Shown here: positions 50,689-61,711 of the stretch, one piece after another
Position numbering within the stretch: position 1 is the stretch's first letter
Layout: the number at the start of each line of letters is the position of its first letter
From: Anthoceros angustus
Taxonomy: Eukaryota; Plantae; Anthocerotophyta
Assembly (NCBI GenBank): GCA_010909165.1
Contig: VJWM01000116.1
Span: 62,001 to 126,000, forward strand
Direction: 5' to 3'
Length of the DNA: 64,000 nucleotides
Notes under the pieces: model-generated
The model's database searches: none
Told to the model about the DNA's origin: nothing
Seen by the model: only the letters and a program-made list of their open reading frames with translations
Program-made: the position numbers and the translations under genes

Positions 50689-51954
50689 ATGGAGCGTGTA
50701 ATGCTCCTGTATGCGGTGAAGGGAGCAACGATGGCCTCACCGGCAGCAGCGCTGCGAGCTCAAATGAGTGCCGCATGGATGCGGCACTTTGGGAGGGCCT
50801 GCCCGAAGACATCCGTGAGAGTGCTGATGAGGGTTCCGGCGTCAGCTCAATTCCGATTCCGGACGGTGTGCAAGGCCTGGCGAGCCGTGCTCTCGGCTCC
50901 GCAGTTTCTCTCTCGGCAGATGGCCAACTTCCCCGACAGTGCGGCTCTCACGCCTGCCATCTGCGCCTTCACGATTCTGGATTGCCGCGGCATGCAGGGA
51001 AGGGCGGTGCAGCGCGGCATGGTCCTCGCTGGTGTCCTCGCCTTCTTCAAACCGGATCTTGGGGTGCTGCCGGCCAAATTCCATCGCCTGTACGTCCTGC
51101 ATTGGTGCTCGGATTGTGACAAGATTGTGTCCAACCACGGCCTGCTCTGCTTCTGCCTAGGAGGGAGGAGCAGGTTCGAGCTCTGCGTCCTCAACCCCAT
51201 GACCGGGAGGTGGAAGGAGCTGCCAGGGTTGAGCGTTCCGCAGCAGAGTTTTCTGGAAAATGCAGGTGGAGGTGCTGGACAATGCGGGCTTCCATGTGGT
51301 TGTCATCTTGTGCAGCCAGTGTCGGAGCCTGTGGACAGTCTGCGTTTTCTCTTCTCACACGGGGATGTGGAGGATTACCCGAGGACAGAACGCTCCGGAG
51401 TACTCTTCAGCAAGTGGACAAACAGCGCGCTGGTTCTGGCCGACGGCAGGCTGTACGGATGGGATTCCAGCCTGCACATGACCATTCATAGCGTAGCCAG
51501 TGCCGCGCCCTGGTCCACTGCAACAGGTCGCTTCCCGTTGCCGGGGAGCGCAACGGCTGCTGCGACCACCACGTTGTGCAGCATCGAGGGTTGGTTTACT
51601 TTGTCACAAGTGGAGACAACTTCTGTTACCGCATCTTCAAGCTGGAAGAGCGGGGCTGGATGTAAGCCAATCGCGGAGTTACCAGACAAGATGCACCGCA
51701 GAATGCTGCGAGATTTCTGTGTCTCTTTGTTGAAACCACGGCATTGCACCGTCGTCGGTGACTTTCTCTGTGTTGTAATGGGGGTAAAAGAAGGCATAGG
51801 GGACCCTCCTAGAAGCAGAAGTCGCATGCTTGCCTATCACATCGTGGAGCAGTCGTGGCATTTGTTCCTCAATGACCAGCTGCAGGACGAACATCCTTTA
51901 CACAACTTTATTACGCTCCGGTTCTTCAAACCTAGATTTGATCTGCTCCCTTGA
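50689..51954 (+). CDS. F-box protein, copy 2
   Basis: Near-identical to 34370-35645. Confidence 0.82.
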   Translation: MERVMLLYAVKGATMASPAAALRAQMSAAWMRHFGRACPKTSVRVLMRVPASAQFRFRTVCKAWRAVLSAPQFLSRQMANFPDSAALTPAICAFTILDCRGMQGRAVQRGMVLAGVLAFFKPDLGVLPAKFHRLYVLHWCSDCDKIVSNHGLLCFCLGGRSRFELCVLNPMTGRWKELPGLSVPQQSFLENAGGGAGQCGLPCGCHLVQPVSEPVDSLRFLFSHGDVEDYPRTERSGVLFSKWTNSALVLADGRLYGWDSSLHMTIHSVASAAPWSTATGRFPLPGSATAAATTTLCSIEGWFTLSQVETTSVTASSSWKSGAGCKPIAELPDKMHRRMLRDFCVSLLKPRHCTVVGDFLCVVMGVKEGIGDPPRSRSRMLAYHIVEQSWHLFLNDQLQDEHPLHNFITLRFFKPRFDLLP

Positions 51955-52547
51955 TGTACTCACTGGTCTCACCAACTTGGGGGACGTCTCTGCAAAGACT
52001 ATGTTCTGCACCAACACTCTCCCTCCTTTTCTGCTTGGATGTTCGTCTTGGTGCTAGAATCTGGCCACTTCTTAGCACCATGACCGACACCCAATCTGGA
52101 AGGAGGCAGAGTCCAGCGCAACAATGTGCAAAGGTATTCTAATCCATGATGCACTCCTTATCCGACCAGGAAATGAATCTACATCCAAGCAACGAAGCTA
52201 GCAAGCATGTCGACACACGTCCTAAGCACCTACACGTCCTATGCACCTACACTGGAGCAGTGTGACACCCGTCCACTGTACACTGGAGGAGTATGCTAAA
52301 CGTAGGTGACGTGAGAAAACAGAAAGCCGCTGAAAAGGAAACCCATAGAAACTAACCGGCGTTAGTGTATTAATCCAGGCACCACAGCTTGTTCGATGAA
52401 CTTTCATCGTACAATGCTGGTTCCCGCAAAAGACAATAATTCAAATATCTGGATCTTGTTTCATCAGCAGCTGGTCACCAGCAAAAGCTTGGGAGTGCAA
52501 ATTTGTTGCTGTTACAGGCTTGCAAAGAACACCATGTCAAGGACTTG

Positions 52548-53086
52548 TCATGTCTGCTAAACGTCTGGCCACTGCGTCAGTTTCTGCTGACTGAAAAGCC
52601 AGTTTTCACATCAGTTAGCAGACACATCCCTAACAGGAGATGCCAACCAGACAACTCGTACTTCTTTCTGTGAGTTTGGACTTGGCCGGTAGTATTTCAA
52701 GTGAACATCCTAAGGAACCTTTTCAGCTCTCTCAGGTATCAGATCACGCACTCTGTTTGAAGAGACCTTGTTAGGATCGACAAGAAATGCACCTAGGCAG
52801 CAGCAAGTACCTTTCTGCAAAATCAATAGCTGATTCTCCAGGTCGCAAAGTTTGAGGTTTAAGGTACCACACATCACAAACTACAGCCCATGATATCATC
52901 AACCTGAGTAGGTCCATAGTGAAAGATTGTCTGCAAGACCGGCCAACAGAAATTCATTAGACATTGAACAAGTGCTTCCCACTCGTTGTGCAAGGATATC
53001 CTGGCCTTATGACTTACTTCTTGCTGATCCAAAATGCATCCACAAAGATCTTGTTGTACTTGATTGCTGTGGGGCATAGTGTACAG
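52548..53086 (-). pseudogene. GPAT9: Inverted GPAT9 pseudogene, copy 2 (cut by the junction)
   Basis: Equivalent to 36236-36769, with the same TAG lesion. Confidence 0.85.
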
Positions 53087-53286
53087 GTTCCTTGGGATGG
53101 CTACTTGAAATACTACCGGCCAAGTCCCAAACTCACAGAAAAGAAGTACGAGTTGTCTGGTTTTGCATCCCTTGTTTATGATGACACGTCTGCTTTTCAC
53201 GTGAAAACTAACTTCTGTCCGCGAAAACCCTTTGCAGGCAGCAGAAGTTCTCTGAGGCAGTTCTCAGACGTTTAGCCGACAAATGA
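53085..53286 (+). pseudogene. GPAT9: GPAT9 3'-terminal fragment
   Basis: VPWDGYLKYYRPSPKLTEKK...RRLADK*, equal to 23051-23251. Confidence 0.85.
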
Positions 53287-54123
53287 CAAATCCTAGACAT
53301 GGTGGTTTTGCAAGCCTTTACCAGCTACAATTTTGCACTCCCAAGCTTTCGCAGCTGACCACGCTGCTGATAAAGCGAGATCTTCACTGCTGATTTCAGA
53401 CTGTTGATTTATCTCCTTTTCTGCGAGAATCAACATTGTGAGATAAGAGTTCAAGAAAAGGTTTGGTGCCTGGTTGATCACTGACTCCGGTTTGTTGCCA
53501 CTGGTTTTCCTTGTCGGCGGCGTCCTCTGTCCGCACGGCACCTGCATTCCTTACGTTTAGCACACGGCATCAGTATACAGACGTGCGTTGACACGATTGC
53601 TCGGTGATGACACGCTTGCTCGGTGAAGGCGCAAAACAGATTATGGATATGTCGTAGGTTGAGTACAGAATGGATTGGTATGTTTCTTACAGTGGCCTTT
53701 GGTGCCTTCCAATTGGTTGTCGATCATGGTGCCGGTGGCCAGGTCCTAGCGCCACCACGAACATCCAAGCAGGAGGAGGGAGAGTGCAAAACATACTCAT
53801 TGCGGAGATTTCTCCCAAGTCGGCAAGACCAGTGAGCTCATCAAGGGACCATATCAATTTTAGGGTTAAAGAACCAGAGGACGCTAAAATTTGGGTAGAG
53901 GATGCTCGATGCCGTAGAATCAACGCTCTGTCCATGAAGAAGCCCGTGACAGAAATTTGGCTACATGAAAATTAATCCCCTACATCCCAGATCCATCAAT
54001 AAATGAATGTCTTGTGCTGGCGCTACTGGTGTACTGAGCAGGAGGAGATGACCATCTTCAACATACATGCCGCTGTATTAATAAAAATAATTTAATTCAA
54101 ATGCCTACCTCCTGTCATTGAAG

Positions 54124-57100
54124 TCAAGCCGTCACCACCTCATCCACAAGCTCGGGTTCTTCCAGCTCTGGTGGTGTCTCGTCCATGTCCAGTTGGCCAC
54201 CTACTTCTACTTCTACCTCCTCTTCCTCATCTTCATCATCGTCTTCAGAGGTATCATCACCGTTCTTTTTACGTTTCTTCCTACCTCGACGCTCCTCCCA
54301 GGAGTTTTGAGAGGAACCTCGAATCCCGTTTGTCTCCAGCTTCACAAAACCTCGTGAATTCTTGAACAGGTACGGGGTCTGGAAGGCGAATATTGACAGG
54401 TTGGTGCACTCAAATGACATGTCCGTGAACCTGGAGGCATGTCAGAACAGGACAGAAAACGTCAGCCTGGACTACATCCGATAACTCAATTCACAGGAAG
54501 CACTCAGCGGGCAAGGACCTGAAGGTGTTCAGGCACTCTGTTTCTTGCAGCACACGGCAGGAGCAACGGTATCCCTCCTTGTCCGGCTTTGCTGATGCAT
54601 CTGGTTGTGCCTTCGTGAACTGACTCTCCAGTATGTACTGAACATCATGTCATTGGTGAGGTACATGGCCACATGATAGCTTTGCTAGCGGTGTATGAGC
54701 ACACGTACTTACCACAAAGTAATGATTCCTCGCAGCAGGGCAGTGGATAGCCCAAATCTCGTCTTTCCCTGGATATATAAAATAACCATGGCCTATCTTG
54801 AAGCAGGAATTGACCCTGAGCACAGTGTAGTTCAATGAGACGGGAGGGAACATCATGGTACCGCAGACACTGGCTACACGGCAGTTACCCCTTTAGACGT
54901 GGAGCAGCAGTTTCCAAAATCGCCCTTCTCAAACAGTACAAGACCCCACAACCCCAAAGCAGATTGGAGGGAAAGAGCTGCCATAAACCTGTGGGAAAAG
55001 GCTACCCAGCAGTCTTGTCTTTCTACTTCCGTGTGGCAGTCGTACAGCCCAGTACCTCTATTTGGACTCCACTGATCAGCCTCTCGTCTCATGTACGCAG
55101 GTGCCAACTCCAAAAAACGTCTGAAGCATCCAAGGGGCACCTGCAGCTTGAGCATCAGAGAGTACTGGGAAGCTACTCCATTCGATTCATACAAGTTTCT
55201 GTGAATGGAACTCACACAACGATTTCCAGCTTCGCGTCTTCTCCTTGGGAGAACCGACCACCAGTTCTTGACACAATTTCCGCGTACCAGTTTGGTCTCT
55301 TGCGTGAGTTGTACAATGCCCAGAGCTACAAGATCCAAGACACCGTGGATTGCTGATATGCCATGCGAACAATGCGCACTGCTGACATCCGGTGAAACCA
55401 GAATACTTCTGCTCTGCAACAAGTGGGTCAAGGGCTTCTACCTCCCCTTCTTTCATTACAGTTGATTCTTCCTCACTAATTGCCTTTGGTAAACTGGCAG
55501 ATGGGGACTGAGGAACCAATGCTTCATCAACCAGGGAGTGCAGGAGGTAGGCAATCACAGGAACCTGCTCAGAACAAAGCCACTGACCCAGTCAGTGCTG
55601 ACCCCTAGAGCCAAAGTCATATTGTGCTACATTTTAGAGCACCAGCCTACCGAGAATGAGTTTCCAAGCAAACTCCATCGAATCCTGTGCGACTCCTTAA
55701 TTGTAGTTCCTTTCCTTCCTCTCCTGCCAACACTGTCCATGAGGACCACAACCATGCCAGCATCATGAACAACAAAAAGAACTTAACTGCGTCCATTTTG
55801 CTTGAGAAGGGTGTGAGACGATTAAATTCATCACAGATGTCCAGCATTTCCAAATGCAGAGGGACAGACTGGTTTCTCACCCCCCTGCTATAGCTGACTT
55901 GTACTTGATGTTGGTGTACCCAGCTGGATAACCCATAAGCTTCTCCAGCTCGGTTGTTGTGATGTAACGCAATGTCTTGGTCTCATTGTCGATTACTGCT
56001 CGCAGCTGCGCTTTCGTTCCTGCAGTATAGTTTGCAGCCAAGATACACTGGACGTGCCAAAGGTAAAACATTAATCCTCTGGTAAAGTTCCCCCCGTCAG
56101 GTTTGGACAAATCAAACATGCCTGCCTAGAATACACCAATGGCCAAGCTAAGCTAAAAACAAGATTACCCCTGCTTTTAATTCAAGAGCGGTGGCTTTCT
56201 CTAGGATACTTTGCAATGATGTAGAATAGTGATTTCTCAGATTTGGCATCCGATAAGGGTGCCCAAAATTTGTCCAATAGAGACGCCTCCGTTTGTTGGG
56301 AGTAAGTTCTTGGGAATCAATCTCTATAGGGAGACAATTTAAGCAATTCGAAATCTCATCCCTATCAACCCAAAACATTGAAGCAACATTTTCGGCAAGA
56401 AACCTGTCAAGACCATAACAGTCATAAGTACAGACAATAATACAGGTCTTGAACTCTACCTTCTCAAATATCTACTTAAGGCAATCACAACGGTGAGTAC
56501 TACGAGGGCAAACCCATGAACAAAGCATGTCTTGTGTTTAAAAACAGAGACCATAGATGTAAGATTCAACATGAGGGCATACATAAAAAGATGGAGTACC
56601 ATCTTGGTGAGAAAAGCTCAATGATTCGGAGCATCTCAAAAATAGTCGACTTCTGGTGCCATGTAGCCTAGGGAGATGCAACAAATGTAGAGCGACAAAA
56701 TGAGCAATCGTTCAGCACGAATGCTTCCCCAAATCCAAAAACACTTGGGACGATGCAAGACGGTGAGCGTTTGTCAGAAGAGCCCAGCATCTGACTTTTG
56801 CTCCAATGCTTCTCTAGAAGGGATTTCAAATACTACTGACCCAATCTTTTTCCCATTGCGCTGAGGTCTTGACATGGAAAGCCACCCACAATCAAATCCA
56901 CTTTCTCCGTGATAGCATCTTTCGTTATTTCAGTTACATCTCCTATATGCTGGACGCTGGGATACCTTGCCTTCAAGAGTTGAACAGCATAGTGATTCTG
57001 GAATGATCAAACCAAAGTCCATGTGATCATGGTTGAAGCAAGGCATCACCTGAGCTCAACTTCTGCGGGTTATGTTTTCCGACACACACACAGAGACACA

Positions 57101-58093
57101 CAAAGACTCAAAGGGATGCCGTGCTCGGCCTCCAGTCTTGCCCTTGTTCCTACAATGCCCTGTTGCAGTACCTAGCAGCAAAGCACAGTAGTTGCATTAA
57201 ACTGGATTCTTGCATGCTAGAGCAGCGTACTCACGATTTCAGCGCTATATCCCTTGTACGGGATCCCAAGATGGCTGAGAGCAGCCCACACCCCACCAAT
57301 GCCGTCAAAGAGGCTAAGGACTACCAGTGGGGACCCTGCCATAGCCCTGGGTCAAGCTTCAAAGACTTCAGCCAACTCTCAGCACTGCTGGGGTCCTCAG
57401 CTGCGCTGGTGAGCCGCAGCACCTGCATAGCCGCCCACCAGGCTCAATACACCCTTCTCGTGCCCCTCCCTGCCCCATGCAAACCTCCAGCTCCATACCT
57501 CCTTGTGCAAGAACTGCCGCAGCCGCTCCTCCATGCCACATTCCAGGCGAGCTAGCGCTTCCAGCATGGAGCCAGCTGTCCAGACCAGATACGTCAGCAG
57601 CAAGAAGAGAGGAAAGGAAACCACGACGCAGGAGCGAGAGACCACGAGAAGCCGGAGCAAGACCCCGGCTGCATGCGCCAACAAGAAGGCTTACTACCGA
57701 CAGGCTCCTGGACAGAAATGGAAGGCGTCTGTACCTACCATGTGTCTGCTTTCACACTGCAGTCAAAGGTGAACGTGAGCGAGCAGAGAAGGACTAGCCG
57801 TGCGGACGGAGACGGAATCCGATTCCCAGCCTGTTCTCGCCTCCATCTGTGACGACGTGGAAACATGGCAACGTGGCCCAGGCTTCCGTCTCCGGCCACC
57901 CAGTGGGCCCCCGTCGCTGCCCCCGTCTGCGCAGCGACCAAGATACTTCCTGCGCACACAATGCGCTTGCATGCCCGTAAGTATCTTGATTCTTCCTCCG
58001 CGCCAAGTTCTCCGTCAATTCCCTGCTTTCAGAGACACCTGCTTCTTCCCTCCCTCGTCTCTGCCTTCCAGCTCCCAGCTTCCAGCTGCCCAT
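54124..58093 (-). CDS. DNMT3: DNMT3-DUF3444, copy 3
   Basis: Near-identical to 24093-28061. Confidence 0.8.
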
Positions 58094-58230
58094 CTTCCAC
58101 TTCAATCCAGTCTTGGGCACTAGAGGGCCCCGTCCCGTCTGAGGAAGGCGGAATTGTGCAGCCCCATCGTTTGAATCCGGGCGAGAATTCGCCGCCACTG
58201 GCGACAACCGCCGCCTGCTTCCGTTCGGGG

Positions 58231-59755
58231 ATGGCAGCCGCGTGGGACACTCTGCTCAGACCGACAGCGCTGCAGGAGCCGCTTTGTGCCACCAGGAGGG
58301 CCGGTCCCGAGTGTGCGAAGCTCGGGTGAGGAGGTCTGCTGCCGCGGATTCCAGCTTCGGTGCAATTCGGGGAGAGGATTGGTGAAGCACAGCCAGCAGC
58401 AGGTCTGTCGGTGTGGTAGCGGTAGCTTTTTCCGCAAGGGAGTAGAGCAGAAGACGAGGATTCTGGCAGCAGGTAGACAAGGGGCAGGAGGGGTGGGGAG
58501 GAGGAGGATACAGGAAGGAGCAGCGATGGCGGGTCTCCGGAAAGCAGGCCGCCGGGGAGGACCCAATTGTCGATCAAGCTCTGAACCTGACGGGAAAATT
58601 CCTCCGACATCAGACGGATTTTTGAAGACGGTCTCCTCTCGGGCTTACGACATGCGACGGCAGCTCCAGCAGAACATGGACGCCAGTAGCTATGATGGTA
58701 CTGTCTGATTCCGATTCCCGATCTGATTCCGGTACGTGCATCGTTTGCTTTTTCGCTTTAGGAATTGCTACAGGACGTCCTTCTGCTCTGGAGCAGGCAT
58801 CAGGGTAATCAGAGCATGTTGTGTTCTTGGAATACCAGGAGAGGAGTTCTGTGCACATGCAGGGATGCTAAACTGTGTCAAGGTGTGGATTTGAGTTTTC
58901 AATCACCCATTGTGCCCTTGTTTCCATGCAATGCAATGCAGTGTTGGAGGCTAATCCATGGAGGGATTCCTCTAAGCCAGTCTACGTTCTTGCGAAAGAG
59001 GAGGACGAGCTTCTCACCATGAGGACGAGGAGGGTGCGGAGGTGTTCACCGATTCCCTCTTACTCACACCTTGTGCTTTCTTTCCATAACCAAGTGGTCC
59101 ACCAGTGCACCATGTCCAGCTGATTAGGGCAGACGGTTCTGTGCTCATTGTGCACTAACCGAGATTGTTTCTTATGAAAGCCAGTGAGGTCGAGAGGGAG
59201 TTGGGGCTCCTGTTCCTAAACGAGGCAGCAGGCGAGGGAACTCCAAAAGGCCAACCACCACGTACGAGAACGTGTCATCGTCCATGCCCACCACCACCGA
59301 CAACCGGTTTCGGATGTCGGTGGAGGACGTCCGCGAGGGAGTTCTGGTAGGCCTGCTGTACTGAAAGCCACTTCAAGAGCTTGAACCCTCTTCCGAACTT
59401 CTCTCAAGAGACCTCACACTAGACTGGACCCCTGCAGGTTTTCGAGGACGAGGAAGAAGCAACCCGCTACTGCAGCCTGCTTGACGGCCAGGGCAAGAGC
59501 TGTATGGGCGTAGCAGAGTTGGATGCATCTGATGTAAGCAGAGATTCTGTAAGCAGCTGCTTTGCTTCTGGGTCCTTCTTGCTTCAGTAACCAGGTACTC
59601 GTTTGGTGATTCCTCGGTCCTCTCTTCTGCAGGTGTTCGCCATGTGTCAGAAGACTCAGGCGTTGGCCGTGGTGTTTCGTCGTGGCCAGACTCCTCCTCA
59701 ACCTGACCGACTCCAACTCAACCTCAAGGCCAGAAAGCGGTCTTTGGAGGACTGA
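58231..59755 (+). CDS. DUF3110-like protein, copy 3
   Basis: Near-identical to 28199-29724. Confidence 0.6.
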
Positions 59756-61711
59756 CACCTGCCCTGCAACCGGTCTGGTTTCGGTTTCCCATTTCCCCTG
59801 ACATGACCAGGTACGCGGAACCTCGGTCTCCTTCCCACCTCACGTCGCTACCGTTGTAGCCACTTGTACATAATTGGATGTCGTCAGGAACAGTTCATCT
59901 GATTCATCGAACGTAGTTTTCTGAGGTGCACTTAATACAACGTTCTCTTTATTGCTAGGTGTAAGAATAGAATAGGTTTAATTTTGTAATGGGAATTTAT
60001 TTTTATATATTGGTAATGAGGTGAAAGCGAAGGGAATCAGGACCCTCGCTGAAGATTTCTCCCGGTTTTTGATCTGTTTTTAACATACTAAACTTAAACA
60101 AAAGAGGTAATGCGGTGGATGCGCACTCTAACTAGCGGAAAGAGTACGTAGTTTGAAGGAGGATATGTTGAATATTGCATCTTGAACTGTCTCAACCCAA
60201 CTCTGTCAAAGCCCAAAGTCTGTTCATCGATTGGCCTTTTCTAAACGCTTTCTCCAAGTTTTTCGTTTCCCTTGGTCAACCCATAACCCGAAATCTACTC
60301 GTGTTGAGTTGTTCAGCGCAGTGTTTGGGCTCTTGAATTTCTTTCACACGCGGGTTTCCTTTAAATCTTTGAGTGATGTCCGTGAATGGGTGGATTTCAT
60401 GTTAGATTTAACAGCAAAAACAAATCTCCATAGGAATGTCTAGACCACATCGAGCACAAAGATTCTACAAATGCCTATCGCCCCTCGGCATCTACCTTTG
60501 GTTCTACTAACCGAGGCGCTCACAAGGAGCGTCCTCTCCATGACCTAGGCCAATGCAGGCTCGGTTCTCTATCCACCAACCGCTCATGGTGGTTACCTTC
60601 GTGATCGAGGAATCACTAACATATATTCTCGAAGGCGGTTTGTGGCGGTGGCGTTGTGAGGCCATTGGCTGAAGGTAGCATCGATGATTTTGGAGACATT
60701 GTGTGCAAAGTCCCCCCATCGCTAGCATGCAAAGAAGTTGTTTCATGGTTTGCAAATATGTTGCAATTGCTATGGAGGTCCGTTATGTTCCATTCTAGGA
60801 TAGCAACTACTTCCTGGTTTGGTCTTATGATGAAAGATTTTGCTCAACGTGGATTGTTGTGAGGTGACAAAACCGACCACAGATGCTCCTCCCCGGGCCA
60901 TGGCTATGGAGTTTTCGTGAGACATTGAAAAATGTGAGGGGTGGGAATGAGGGTCCATGTTTTCCCAGAACACATGAGTTGATAGAGCAAAGACGTGCTT
61001 GTAATTGTGCAGCTCAAAACAGGTCACTCGGATTTTCCCTGAATTACTTATCGCTTATAAACAGTCATTCCCTCAAAACAAGGGAAAGCCCCCTTCGGCA
61101 TTCTGGGGTCAATTAGTTGTAAAAGATCTTGATGAAAAGGGCACTGGAACTTGCCCAATCATTTCATTTTGAAAAAAAGAAGAGAATGCCACTTGGACTT
61201 TCTAACATATCCTTGTCCTTATCAAATGTATGCATGGATAGGAATTTCTTTTGTGGTTGCGTGGGAATGCCGAGAAATATGTGCATAGAATCACCTATAC
61301 AATAGATCCCCAACCTATTCACTTTGCAATTCAAGGGTTTGAGAGATTTTCATATTACATACTAGTTATGTACATAGACCTTTACATGTTTCGGGTAAGT
61401 ACGAGGAATTAGCGTACCCCATAGTAATAGAGATGGTGCACGATGTTATCCTTCATGGGGCTTTGGATTGCTAGCCGAAAACACTTAAATGATGTGCCAC
61501 CATGGATGTAAGCGGTGGTTTCTCTGGCAGAATGGGTTTACAACTTTACAGTTGCATTGGCAAGCCTGATAAGCTATGAAGGGCACATTTCTTCAGCTTA
61601 TTTTTGACATAGTTTTCTACTTCCAAAATTTTACGCTATGACATTGGTCCATATATCAAGGATGGTGGACTAAAATTATCGAAAGAAGAGCAATTCCTGG
61701 AACATATGATA

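Larger units (their letters stand above)
37784..53084. repeat. Segmental tandem unit 2 (~15.3 kb; equivalent to 21346-~36768)
   Basis: Collinear, near-identical copy; ends at ggggcatagtgtacag inside the GPAT9 pseudogene. Confidence 0.95.

Noticed and set aside
34370-51954. Calling the F-box, DNMT3 and DUF3110-like copies pseudogenes because of frameshifts
   Set aside because: The indels sit in homopolymers and differ between copies, so a consensus appears to restore the frame; sequencing error is more likely.
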